From an uncultured Gammaproteobacteria bacterium (GTDB taxonomy: Bacteria; Patescibacteriota; Patescibacteriia; Magasanikbacterales; UBA922): 64,000 nucleotides of DNA. The notes beneath the pieces were generated by a model. It did not search any database. It had not been told where the DNA came from and worked only from the letters and a program-made list of their open reading frames with translations. Below are positions 10,801 through 20,499 of the stretch, piece by piece (the stretch's first letter is position 1; each line of letters starts with the position of its first letter). The position numbers were made by a program, and so were the translations under genes. The stretch lies in contig CAZQXB010000002.1 in assembly GCA_964597575.1 (NCBI GenBank), positions 5,624 through 69,623 on the forward strand. The letters run 5' to 3'.

Positions 10801-13800
10801 GGCCAGCGGTGCCTGAGTATCTTCAAAGTTATCATTAATAACGGTTGCAAAGACATTGCGACCTGTGTTTCCTACATACACTCGGCAATTGTTTGCCAAA
10901 GCTGGGCAAGCGCTCGATTGTCCGGCGGTGGTGAGGGCTTGGTACACACAAGCGCCATTTTCTACACGGCCTCCAGCTGCACAACGGCGGCATTCATTTT
11001 CAGCAACATCCCAACTTCCGCCCCGACCTGTACAAGCAGCACTGTTCGTTAAGACAGCATCAACATAGAGCGATGAATCTGTTTTTCGTAAACGTGAACA
11101 TTCTGCCGAGACAGCGATTGTTTCTGACAATAATCGATAGTACACTTCTCCATTCGCATCATAGAGTGCACGACAGTCAATGTCAGCGCGGTTTGGATTC
11201 ACAGGGTCATTAACACCGAGCGTATAGTTTACTTCGTTACACCGGGTTACGGCGTTTTGGAGCGCCTCACCATTATCGTTTGCATACGTTGGGCTACCAA
11301 CCGCAAAAATGGTATTGTAATTCACTCCTTGCACAGTACCTGCAGCAGTAGCCGCGCTTACCATATACGCACTATTCTGAACATCGAGAGCTACAAGAGT
11401 GTGAACCCGAAGCACATACCCTTCTCGATCCGACCCTTCCCATGAATAGTATGTTTGCCCAGGATTTACCTGCGGTCGTTCACAGCGACGAAGGTCGGTG
11501 TAGTATTCACGACCCTCTCCTCCGCGGGCAGCAACATCGATATTCGTAAATTCCGAACACCCGGCAAAGCGCTCCTGACAGCGGTCGCCTGCTGAAGGAA
11601 TAAAATGAAGGGGAAATACGGCCGGGTCAAAGGCGGTGGCTTCCTGACGGAACGTATCGTAACCAACACAAATTTGGTTACAGGTATTTCCACCGACCAT
11701 ACCTGGAATTGCTGGGGCTCCGGCACCACCAAGAGGTCGATATGATTCACACCCAACTTCTTGTGGCGCACACGCCGCAGCAAACTTACCACAGGCATTA
11801 TTCCGGGCAAAAACGGTTTGCGCTTCGGCGCTGGTTCGTGGCCAATTTACTTCCGGTGTTGCAATGTTTGTATCGTAACAACCAAGATAGTCAGGGGCTT
11901 TTTTCAAATATGCAATTTCACTCACGGGCGCTTGAATATATTGCCCGCCTGCTGTTTGTGAAAACTGACCGCTTTCAACGACGCGAAGTGCAGTAAAGAA
12001 CGCATGACAACCTTCGGCGCCTGTAGGGCATGTTTTTTCTGTACCAATTTGGTTTACAAAGAGTGCTTGATTTCGCCCGAGCGTTACTGTTTTCAAGGCA
12101 AGATTCGCCTGAGCTGTAGGAATCCACTGCCCCTGTGCATTTTGTTCGGTACTGAACGCGCGACAACCAACCGTATCTGCGGTACAGGTAGAAAAATCAA
12201 TAGTACGAGTAAGATACGAGTCAACTTCACCAGTGCTATTTCGGTACGTACGACATGTGGCATACTGTGGTGCACACACATCCCCATTCAGCTTCCAAAT
12301 ATTTTTTTCTTTTGTACAGAAACCCTGACCCATACAGCTTCCATCACTATTTGTTGCGATACAGGTTGCAATGTCAGCACACTCTTCTCCGCGTGTCGGA
12401 GATGCCGGAGTAACAAGGTTCGGCCCAACCACCCGTGCAGGGCAGCTCGCCGAGAAAGAACGGAGTACCCAATTTGGATTAATAAGGTGGCAATACGGAA
12501 ACTGAGCACTTGCACGCCCGTCTGGGGCACAGTTCTCAAAGTTATCAACCACCCTCTGGAGCGTCCAGTTTTCTTGCGGGCTATCTGGATCAGCCTTAAG
12601 CGCAGCGATTTCAAAACCAAGCGGCAAAATACGCGCCTTTCGAAGCTTCTGAATGTTTGAATAACAATACGCATTACTATAGCATTCAGAGTCTCTGTTT
12701 CCGTTTCCTCCGGCAACTTCTCGGCGCGGTGAAATAAGTGGCCAATCTCCATGCAAAAGACCAGCATTCATGGCCTCACGAATGGTCATGGGCTTATCGA
12801 GCGTACCTCGCGTAAGTGCCTGGAATAAACTTTGATCCATGACACAGTTATCAAGTTTCGGATTTTTTGGACAAGTGACAAAATTGAGTAACACGTCGTA
12901 ACTTGGAACACTTACCACCTGAGCCGTAAGTAAATCAGAAAGAACCCCAGCCGGCTCACGATTTCGATTCCCTACAGCGAAAAAATTTGGGTCAAATGCG
13001 TTCGGCTGAAAAAGCCCCTGTTCAAATGTCTGATCAAGAAGTGTAGTAACGAACGACCCTAAGAAGGTCTGTACTGCCAAAGGAATGGCCTGTGCCGCAC
13101 CCGACGCAATGGCGCCACCCAATAATTGAAAACCACCGGTCACGAAATTATCGCTTGCAATATTTTTTGTTGCTGCCTGCTCAAAAAACCTCGCTGGAGT
13201 GAGAATCGTATCAGACACTTTATCTTTCAGATCACGAAATCCATTCCCAATCGTACGTTCAAGACCAGCAGACGCAGCAGCGGTCGCACGAATGGCATCA
13301 ACCTGGGCAATTGCCCCAAAAGCCAAACCAAAGTCAGATTGTTTTACGCTGACCGCATCGCTAAACTTCTGCGGAATGAGCTTACTCGCACCCTTTCCAA
13401 ATTTCCGCTCAAACCCTTCAGCGCTCCAGTTATTTCGAAATTCTTGCAATGTACACCGTGGAGTAGGGGAACCTTGACCGTATAAGTCCCCGATACCGAT
13501 TTGCAAGAAAAGCTGTAAACGAATATCAGGAATCTGACACAAATTTAACCCGAACGGCTGTCCAATACTCACAATCGCCTCCCCTACTGCTCCACCTGCC
13601 ACATCCGCAATATAATCCCCGGCTGGCTTTTCAAAAACCAGTGATTTTTTTCCGGCGGCACTTTCACCTAAAAACTTCGCGGTATCGTAGGCTAATTTTT
13701 TCAAAAAATAACTCGCGGTATTGTAGGCGGTACCAATGGCTGCCTGAAGCACCGCTTCGGTCAAGCTAAACTTAGCTTCCTGTCTCCCTTCTGATTCCCA

Positions 13801-13947
13801 CCGGGGATAGTCGAAAGTCGTTACGTTTTGTACAGCAAACTGCGCGTATGCTGGAGTAAGTGGCTGTAAAACCACACCTCCAAGAACCAAAAATAAAAGA
13901 AAAATACCTGCCATCCGCCTCCCCTTACCTAACAAAAACCTAAACAT
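4819..13947 (-). CDS. Giant (3042 aa) secreted cysteine-rich repeat protein with a CBM-like domain
   Basis: Uninterrupted 9.1-kb ORF. Signal peptide ending PAYA-Q, more than 10 copies of a C-x5-GC-x2-[FY]-like motif, a beta-sandwich segment (INDNFED...FTLTFWGRA...WQEFTF...FLDYVRL), Dx[DN]xDG-like motifs and a C-terminal VNWGD/VQVKDNWGWC. Confidence 0.85.
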   Translation of the reverse strand: MFRFLLGKGRRMAGIFLLFLVLGGVVLQPLTPAYAQFAVQNVTTFDYPRWESEGRQEAKFSLTEAVLQAAIGTAYNTASYFLKKLAYDTAKFLGESAAGKKSLVFEKPAGDYIADVAGGAVGEAIVSIGQPFGLNLCQIPDIRLQLFLQIGIGDLYGQGSPTPRCTLQEFRNNWSAEGFERKFGKGASKLIPQKFSDAVSVKQSDFGLAFGAIAQVDAIRATAAASAGLERTIGNGFRDLKDKVSDTILTPARFFEQAATKNIASDNFVTGGFQLLGGAIASGAAQAIPLAVQTFLGSFVTTLLDQTFEQGLFQPNAFDPNFFAVGNRNREPAGVLSDLLTAQVVSVPSYDVLLNFVTCPKNPKLDNCVMDQSLFQALTRGTLDKPMTIREAMNAGLLHGDWPLISPRREVAGGNGNRDSECYSNAYCYSNIQKLRKARILPLGFEIAALKADPDSPQENWTLQRVVDNFENCAPDGRASAQFPYCHLINPNWVLRSFSASCPARVVGPNLVTPASPTRGEECADIATCIATNSDGSCMGQGFCTKEKNIWKLNGDVCAPQYATCRTYRNSTGEVDSYLTRTIDFSTCTADTVGCRAFSTEQNAQGQWIPTAQANLALKTVTLGRNQALFVNQIGTEKTCPTGAEGCHAFFTALRVVESGQFSQTAGGQYIQAPVSEIAYLKKAPDYLGCYDTNIATPEVNWPRTSAEAQTVFARNNACGKFAAACAPQEVGCESYRPLGGAGAPAIPGMVGGNTCNQICVGYDTFRQEATAFDPAVFPLHFIPSAGDRCQERFAGCSEFTNIDVAARGGEGREYYTDLRRCERPQVNPGQTYYSWEGSDREGYVLRVHTLVALDVQNSAYMVSAATAAGTVQGVNYNTIFAVGSPTYANDNGEALQNAVTRCNEVNYTLGVNDPVNPNRADIDCRALYDANGEVYYRLLSETIAVSAECSRLRKTDSSLYVDAVLTNSAACTGRGGSWDVAENECRRCAAGGRVENGACVYQALTTAGQSSACPALANNCRVYVGNTGRNVFATVINDNFEDTQAPLALGWAPVQNNAALRLAGEAVIVGEHSLGIPAAAARVARTVPQAQVQVGKTFTLTFWGRADGLQNLEIYFTQNGSRVNANGVEFGAFTEPTALAGITGGWQEFTFGPVSLDGVDPAEPLAIEFVRSGNARDYFLDYVRLIELRDRTPLIRNSWRVAGGGDVPTQCDSTPTDIFPGEALGCRAYTDSKNRVVYATGFETICREAAVGCEPVWDTQNTLGAAPASTFAQAFNVWCSAPGSANCTARVANVDYECTVPRGQEGCYINEAIIIPTGTVFPVGPLRVVNTSVVIPADTAVAAPLFLTNRKDVTCRSTELGCQKVAMETQVLPRADAAAFTFNEVYLLNNPANYVTAPGESAGILCQAEQIGCAEFRSDNTVSYFRDPEFTGAGVCEYLEGQSVGQTRVNGWFLRGMGRCSQDATMVCRTNNNSDCGAGNTCVASAVACDATFLRRTSSGVVYDVRSNDSPEYTGRVAVCAAEAHLCTEFIDPVDVSGAYPNGRPYYVKNNDKIRARAQACATGASQVDGCILFDQTDNPRKTYSTDATYRASALASPEFSPVSPRSAGSVTDNDANIVLKVDRDRVCAEWLACKGKVIQEDEQGRQSELCYDYKACDQMGAGGVCTHWVGELAPEASRQLTEDLYIQRGLGWNDPEYSGYSLFNQYQIGNQSYIVLDLSADKVAINPQSPDAAADLRRLERLEERAYAVYLQRSANSACAPVGNERTDWRVCGSGGLGRCYSGQCIRPVKGTFPSDRTIPSGNISPREIESLVSVLEAASCKAYPEATSPYPQSVLKQETTARNILGALGISAPRVEFISKLNEFAGANVCQTGEDCSCKYVKVTYRNGVVDYWPYLYESANAAAPIPTRVCATGPNQGRPCSAIEQCNVATPNQPQTNQTPHECIPIQKRDTYYGFEGFCLERDLSRPVNGINSPTEYACLTWLPIGVSASTFDIFNADDEAGYKPDIDALLLRNTPQIAGQAYCVNSTRLGVGLQAPDISPPVGGGTDNAIRTVADGNTVYDQVFPAGQDPTNGGDCSTDTEFERIMCNSVDQGYIYSAIQSWAWRRFGPSALLLRTEMSSLNGSNDPNTYDTVRASDLQVYTPSVFANNVHDDLVLSNQTDAEVAAFGTLLHPPRQFGVTPPGDTTNVFMYRDRMNNFSVNTSYLGVPDPAPNPNTPDGQYNLGMTPDRLDTFNQSNSQLERSIQSGHFRVMQRAETAFMRSSDLSRVTFVPLAFPGGLEGYAPQILNDGFFLDVAALRSRAHNDPIITSGRQTSFGGAGSQGDYYAEPAGGGNNGVVVNVRYVRPEAEGAEFDSLDYTDLTGGSGWLFNQYNQECGTTSVRPQFEEWCRRNRIQERYVSIFFVDRGQGNTSGGGSRFPSFVLNQELDTSVSSFAGRNQAPISDPFSDSVLCKTDSNADGDGDTENWVAIGMDFNEDGEFLGFVSRWCNESVLQATDVSDGIYFATIAQMADQCTAVAQVHDSSAPLTEQLNKAWTNRVWQYATNAVSSVSNAIRSMTHPSFGSVFTKDGMRNSPFGSLRITNFGTSDEQAEILRRYGFQSGMHGEDLVDGVPYACSGASWFGSLYLTGNTAHPCSTLESRALVSPLIPAQVAVLGQNQTAGENALSRLFALTFDTFSLENASVRPNVQTSRTTIDPLVQAVDRSGVSNPVPEIGTLVAPQIYSLNPANCPGGGTVGEQSRSKCGLGEPNNMTINGQNSTMRNYDRSQDGSSDEDLDRSGAPDPRGLIGIGNLQVNMKFFAAADDNKMPIRQVRVNWGDNSPIVNENQTGLYKNRKPYCSSADNAIVTIGLCGTTATDLSLFTCRTHADCPTTDPRNAQTNYRCYGPAANTDQDRSDSYQFARFGNSPRACLARPFNFVKDYTCTVEDVNPNSPAAFTVRVGDIQNPDARVRLSAEYGLGENERVCVFRPRVQVKDNWGWCNGVENGVQSVQGFHDGSDTQSIVDDICDDLSDNNPRNVWTRYQGEIIVIPLRPSQE

Positions 13948-13959
13948 ACAGAAAAATGG

Positions 13960-14631
13960 CTAGTTATTTTGTGCACCAGGCGGTGCCTCTGCGGCAACAT
14001 TGACTAATGCTTTCGCCTGTAAAAGGAGTGCCTCATCGCTGATTGCAGATAGCTGCTCAGGGGTAATTTTTCCAGTCGACAAGAGCATCGCTCGAAGCTG
14101 AGCGGGATTGCTTAAAAGAACGGAAAGATCGGCATTTGCATCACCCGAGAGAGTTGACCCTGCTCCCACTCCGCTTAAAAATTCAGAGCCATTCGGAACA
14201 GCAGCAAACTGAGAGCCTGGGGTAGTCGTACTTCCTGGTGGAAGCGTATCAGGAGTGGCAGTGCAGGTTTGACCTTGCGGACAGGTAGGATCGCTCCCTA
14301 CAGACAATTCATCCTTATCACTTGATCCGTCGGAATCGGTATCAGGTAAGTACGGACTTGTGCTATAAAAATTAAGCTCTTCGTAATCGTTTAAGCCGTC
14401 GCGGTCAGTATCAAGTTGTTGAAGTTTTGTTTCTTCGTTAGCAAATAAGGCCGAGAGATCATTTTCCGTTGGGTCAAAACGCACGACAAAGGGAGAGTAA
14501 ATCGTATTGCGCAACTGGACAGCCCCAAGCACAACCACCAAAACAGCAAAAAACAGGAGTAAAACAAAGCCTGTCTTCTGCTCCCGAGAAAGTTGTTGAA
14601 TGCGTTCGCCTGTAAACATACGGCCATTCAT
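13960..14631 (-). CDS. Membrane-anchored protein with bacterial TSP3 calcium-binding repeats
   Basis: N-terminal TM helix, then DTDRDGLNDYEE and DTDSDGSSDKDE repeats. TATACT lies 7 nt upstream of ATG, and the stop is 12 nt from the giant gene. Confidence 0.8.
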   Translation of the reverse strand: MNGRMFTGERIQQLSREQKTGFVLLLFFAVLVVVLGAVQLRNTIYSPFVVRFDPTENDLSALFANEETKLQQLDTDRDGLNDYEELNFYSTSPYLPDTDSDGSSDKDELSVGSDPTCPQGQTCTATPDTLPPGSTTTPGSQFAAVPNGSEFLSGVGAGSTLSGDANADLSVLLSNPAQLRAMLLSTGKITPEQLSAISDEALLLQAKALVNVAAEAPPGAQNN

Positions 14632-14670
14632 GGCCTTAAGTATACCAAAATAGGTCGAAAAAACAATAAT

Positions 14671-15519
14671 TTACTTGGGCTTTTGGGTGGATAAGTATGA
14701 AGAAAGCTCGTGCGCAATTTTTGTCCACTCTAAAACCGAGAGTGATTCCGCTCGAACATCGGGCCGGATACCGAGCGACTGAAGTATTGACTCCACTACT
14801 TCGGCAGACACATGGAGCCCACCCGCCACATTATTGACCAACTTTTTTCGCTTATGAGAAAAACCTGCCCGTGCCACAAGAAAAAAAAGCTCAGCTTCTG
14901 ATTTCTTTTTTGGTTGAAGCACAATCGAAACGACCGCAGAATCCACTTTAGGGCTCGGCCAAAAAGAACCCTTCGATACATTCATCACTTTTTTTACCTC
15001 TCCATAATATTGAACCCCAAGCGAAAGAAGGCTCATCTCCCCGGGTTTTGCCACCAATCGCTCGGCCACCTCCTTTTGCACCATAACCACAATGTGGGTT
15101 GGTGCTGGATCTGTTTCAACGAACAACCGAATAAGTTCCGAAGTAATATGGTACGGAACATTGGCGACCACTTTATATGGTCGGTCCTGAGGAAAGGGAT
15201 GTGTTTGCGAGGAGGTAAGGACATTTCCCCAAACAACATGCACATTCGGATACTTTTTTATCTGATCATTCCAATACCCCTCTAACGTTTTTTCTATTTC
15301 AAAAGCCGTCACTTCTTTCGCAATTTTGGCAAGTGCCAAGGTAAGAACCCCAAACCCTGGCCCCACCTCAATGACCGTATCCCCAGGCTGAATTTCTGCG
15401 GCCTTAATCATGGCCTCTATGGGGGCATCGTGAATAAGATAATTCTGGCCATAGGCTTTTGAAGGCAATAGTCCGTATTCCGCACAAAGGCGTTTAATGT
15501 CACTCGGGGTTAAAGCCAT
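14671..15519 (-). CDS. rsmA: 16S rRNA m6,2A1518/1519 dimethyltransferase
   Basis: GQNYL, VIEVGPGFGVLT, VANVPYHIT, VQKEVAERL and PSPKVDSAVV motifs. Confidence 0.95.
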   Translation of the reverse strand: MALTPSDIKRLCAEYGLLPSKAYGQNYLIHDAPIEAMIKAAEIQPGDTVIEVGPGFGVLTLALAKIAKEVTAFEIEKTLEGYWNDQIKKYPNVHVVWGNVLTSSQTHPFPQDRPYKVVANVPYHITSELIRLFVETDPAPTHIVVMVQKEVAERLVAKPGEMSLLSLGVQYYGEVKKVMNVSKGSFWPSPKVDSAVVSIVLQPKKKSEAELFFLVARAGFSHKRKKLVNNVAGGLHVSAEVVESILQSLGIRPDVRAESLSVLEWTKIAHELSSYLSTQKPK

Positions 15520-15524
15520 ACCAA

Positions 15525-16709
15525 TTATCGAAGATTACTGACGGTTTTTTCTTCCTCCACCACATCCTTCTTTAACCCCGCGTCAGTATACCGATTCGCA
15601 GCGTTCCAAAGAAGCCAACCTGCGTTTGGATACTTTTCGACCATATCAATTTGCGCACGAATGTTCGCGGCTCCGTAGGTTGCCCCGAGGTTAAACGCTT
15701 GAAGCCAAGGGCGAACAGCAGCTCGCTTATCGACAAAATACGGTACACCTTTTTTCATTCCATTATCAATGACAATGCCAGGGCTGGCAGCTGGGTTCAA
15801 TAACCCAAGATGCCCCGATGGATAATGCGACGGATACATCATCGGAGAAATAAAATCAACATGGTCTACAGCATCTTCCAATCGCTGCCCAATCGACATA
15901 CCGTCGTGGCGCTCCATCACAAACCCAAATAAATCAAGAGAAATATAGGCCCCTTCACTCGCAAGCGACTCACCTAAAAATGTATAGAACTCCCGCATAG
16001 TATCGTAACGAGGTTTATCTGGTTCAGAATAGACAACAAGTGACATGTTTCCGTCGGACGGAAATCGCACGTAGTCAAAATTAATCTCATCAAACCCGAG
16101 TGCAACAGATTCTTTGGCTAGTGCAACATTGTATTCCCAGACCTCTTTTTTGGTTGGATCAACCCACGACAACCCTTTATGATCACGCCAAACTCCCCCG
16201 GCTTTACTCTTCATTGCCCACTCTGGCTTTTTTTGAGCAAGGAGTGGATCTTGAAAAACAGTCTGGCGGGCAATGACATAAATTTCCTCATCATGCAGCC
16301 GATCGATAAGTGCTTTTACATCCCCAATACGGTTGTCAGCCGCCCCAATGGATTGCGCAAGTGGAACCTCAGTCGCATAAAGTACCTTTCCGCTGTAATC
16401 TTTCGTATCGATAACCACCGCATTTAATTCTGTTCTTTTAATCAAAGCAATAATTTCATCCATTTTTTTCTTGTTCCCTGCTGAGTACGCTGTAATATAC
16501 ACCCCTTTTACCCCTTCTTCCGGCAAAGGCGGAGGTGACTCAAATACAAAACGTGGAATGTTTGTCGGTGTAGGCTCGAGGACCGCGGCAACGGTTTCAT
16601 CAATATATCTATTTGTCCCGATCCACTGCACACAAAGCGTGAGGGCTGCGAGGACACCGATCGCGATAGCTATAAACTGATGGCGGGGGTGGTGAGTGTG
16701 GAGCGTCAT
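15525..16709 (-). CDS. Putative glycoside hydrolase (DUF4015-like TIM barrel), membrane anchored
   Basis: VKGVYIT, ELNAVVIDTKD, GFDEINFDYVRFPSDG, ISPMMYPSHY and RPWLQAF motifs. Confidence 0.8.
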   Translation of the reverse strand: MTLHTHHPRHQFIAIAIGVLAALTLCVQWIGTNRYIDETVAAVLEPTPTNIPRFVFESPPPLPEEGVKGVYITAYSAGNKKKMDEIIALIKRTELNAVVIDTKDYSGKVLYATEVPLAQSIGAADNRIGDVKALIDRLHDEEIYVIARQTVFQDPLLAQKKPEWAMKSKAGGVWRDHKGLSWVDPTKKEVWEYNVALAKESVALGFDEINFDYVRFPSDGNMSLVVYSEPDKPRYDTMREFYTFLGESLASEGAYISLDLFGFVMERHDGMSIGQRLEDAVDHVDFISPMMYPSHYPSGHLGLLNPAASPGIVIDNGMKKGVPYFVDKRAAVRPWLQAFNLGATYGAANIRAQIDMVEKYPNAGWLLWNAANRYTDAGLKKDVVEEEKTVSNLR

Positions 16710-16715
16710 AAAAAA

Positions 16716-17822
16716 TTACAAAGAAGATTTTTTATATCGAAGGTAGGCCTCCATAAATGGTTCGAGTTCTCCCTCAAGAACCGCTTCTGGATCGGTCGAT
16801 TCGTACTTGGTTCGAACATCTTTTACGAGTTTATACGGCTGAAGTACATACGAGCGAATCTGATTACCCCATTCGGCACTTTTATACTCACCTCGAAGAG
16901 ACTGGCGTTCCTTGGCCTCTGCCTCTTCTTTCAAGCGCACTAATTTTGCCTGCAGAACACGAAGCGCTGTTTCTTTATTTTGAAGCTGTGATCGTTCATT
17001 TTGACACTGTACCGTGAGTCCAGTCGGAATGTGAACAATGCGCACCGCTGAATAGGTAGTGTTCACACTCTGCCCCCCCTTCCCTCCTGCCATGAAGGTG
17101 TCAATGCGCAGATCATTGGGATTAATTTCAATTGCGGCCGACTCGTCAATTTCAGGCAACACATCAATACCTGCAAACGACGTATGACGCATTTTTTCTG
17201 CATCAAACGGAGAAATGCGCACGAGCCGATGCGTTCCATGTTCTGACTGCAAATATCCGTAAGCATAGCGCCCTTCAATGCGAATAACCGACGACTTAAT
17301 ACCTGCAGGCTCACCTCGTGATTCATCTAAAAGAGTTACGGCCCAGCCTCGCTTCTCAGCAAAACGCATAATCATCCGCCGAAGCATTGCGGCCCAGTCT
17401 TGTGCTTCAGTACCACCGGACCCCGCATGAAACGATACGATAGCATTATTTTTGTCATGAGGAGCATCTAAAAAGACTTGAAGTTCTTTTTTCGCGAATG
17501 TTTCCGAGAGTACGGCAGTTTGTTTTACGATATCTTCACCCAAAGCCTCATTCGCTTCACCGTCGACTGATTCAGACATTTCAAGCAGATCATCCACATT
17601 TTTTTGAAGCTCATCCCAGGACGCAAGGTTTTCCCGAATCTCTTCATGCCGCTTGGAAATCTGAGCAGCTTTTTCTGGTTCACGCCAAAAATCAGGAGAC
17701 TGCATCTGTGTCTCTAATTTCGAAAGGGCCTCTCGTTCTTCGGTAAGTCGAAGCAGAGTTACCGTTTCTTGAAGGCGTTTTTTGAGTTCCAAAATCGTGT
17801 CTGTGCGGAGGGACATATGCAT
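16716..17822 (-). CDS. prfB: Peptide chain release factor 2
   Basis: GGTEAQDWA, SPF recognition motif (HRLVRISPFD), GGQ and WGNQIRSYVLQPY. The ORF is uninterrupted. Confidence 0.97.
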   Translation of the reverse strand: MHMSLRTDTILELKKRLQETVTLLRLTEEREALSKLETQMQSPDFWREPEKAAQISKRHEEIRENLASWDELQKNVDDLLEMSESVDGEANEALGEDIVKQTAVLSETFAKKELQVFLDAPHDKNNAIVSFHAGSGGTEAQDWAAMLRRMIMRFAEKRGWAVTLLDESRGEPAGIKSSVIRIEGRYAYGYLQSEHGTHRLVRISPFDAEKMRHTSFAGIDVLPEIDESAAIEINPNDLRIDTFMAGGKGGQSVNTTYSAVRIVHIPTGLTVQCQNERSQLQNKETALRVLQAKLVRLKEEAEAKERQSLRGEYKSAEWGNQIRSYVLQPYKLVKDVRTKYESTDPEAVLEGELEPFMEAYLRYKKSSL

Positions 17823-17887
17823 CTATGCTACTGAAAGACACGTGAAATTACAATGGTTTCGAGCCGCAACCCACCCCAAATACCGAG

Positions 17888-18331
17888 TTATTTCTTTATT
17901 TCTTTCCCTTGACCTTTTATCATCGGTTCAGCATAGGTCGTATCAAATTCAAAACCAGCAAAACTGGTTAAACCGACAATAAGAAGACTTGATACCAAAA
18001 ACTGCCACGAGGTGTAGAGACTAAGTAATGTTCCATACGCTTCACTAGCACTTTGCATAAATGCCGGAATAAAAGTGAGAAGGTCAAGAACAAAAGAAAT
18101 GACGAGACTAAATACCCCTAAGGCGAGCCCACCGGTAAACGTGGCTTCACTTTTCCGAAAATACCATTTTGCAAGACCAAGTGTGAGAGGGATGAGAAAA
18201 ATCCAATATACGAGCGACCGCTTCACATCTCCCCCTACCGAGACAATCGGAGCCAAGGTGGTGAGTGTATAGAGCGCAACAGAAGTCGCCCACAAGAAAA
18301 CTCCAAACAGAACTGCGCGACGATAATTCAT
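17888..18331 (-). CDS. Small four-TM membrane protein
   Basis: Four hydrophobic segments in 147 aa. Confidence 0.7.
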   Translation of the reverse strand: MNYRRAVLFGVFLWATSVALYTLTTLAPIVSVGGDVKRSLVYWIFLIPLTLGLAKWYFRKSEATFTGGLALGVFSLVISFVLDLLTFIPAFMQSASEAYGTLLSLYTSWQFLVSSLLIVGLTSFAGFEFDTTYAEPMIKGQGKEIKK

Positions 18332-18384
18332 ACAGAAAAATAAAAAGTAAGGATAGTATACGCTAAAAACATTCGTTTCAGCAA

Positions 18385-18414
18385 CAAAAATCCTCCGTTT
18401 CTGGAGGATTTTTG
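18385..18414 (-). terminator. groEL terminator
   Basis: CAAAAATCCTCC-N6-GGAGGATTTTTG hairpin downstream of groEL. Confidence 0.8.
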
Positions 18415-18436
18415 CGTATATCTAAAAGAGATACTC

Positions 18437-20077
<1,641 letters not shown>

Positions 20078-20081
20078 TCAA

Positions 20082-20372
20082 TTACTGAATAATGGCTAAA
20101 ATATCTTCCATTTTAATTATCTTGTATTCTGTGCCGTCAATTTTTACTTCATCCCCTCCCCACTTTTTAAAAAGAATTTTTTGCCCCACACTTACTTCCA
20201 TTGCCCCACGGCTCCCATTTTCAAGTAATTTTCCCGGGCCAATAGCCACCACTTCGCCCTCTTCTTTTTTTTCTTTATCAATAGTATCTGGCAACACAAT
20301 TCCTGAAGCAGTCATCTTTTCTTCTTCAAGAATCTTGACCACCACATGATCTCCCAAAGGACGGATATTCAT
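20082..20372 (-). CDS. groS: Co-chaperonin GroES
   Basis: MNIRPLGDHVVV...TASGIVLPD...GEVVAIGPG. Start set at ATG 20372. Confidence 0.98.
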   Translation of the reverse strand: MNIRPLGDHVVVKILEEEKMTASGIVLPDTIDKEKKEEGEVVAIGPGKLLENGSRGAMEVSVGQKILFKKWGGDEVKIDGTEYKIIKMEDILAIIQ

Positions 20373-20394
20373 AAAGAATAAAATTAGAATGGAA

Positions 20395-20421
20395 TTATCA
20401 CTCACTTTGTATGAGTGATAA
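20395..20421. promoter_or_regulatory. CIRCE element (HrcA operator)
   Basis: TTATCACTC-N9-GAGTGATAA against the consensus TTAGCACTC-N9-GAGTGCTAA. It sits between the groES promoter (TTGACA 20460-20455, 16 nt, TACAAT 20438-20433) and the start codon. Confidence 0.9.
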
Positions 20422-20499
20422 TTTGTATACTCATTGTACCGTTTTTTTAAATGGTGTCAAGGGAGGGAAATCCACATGTGCCCCGGCTCAAAAAATACA

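Noticed and set aside
12004-12767. 218-aa and 159-aa alternative-frame ORFs inside the giant gene
   Set aside because: No motifs or signals. Chance ORFs within a long coding region.
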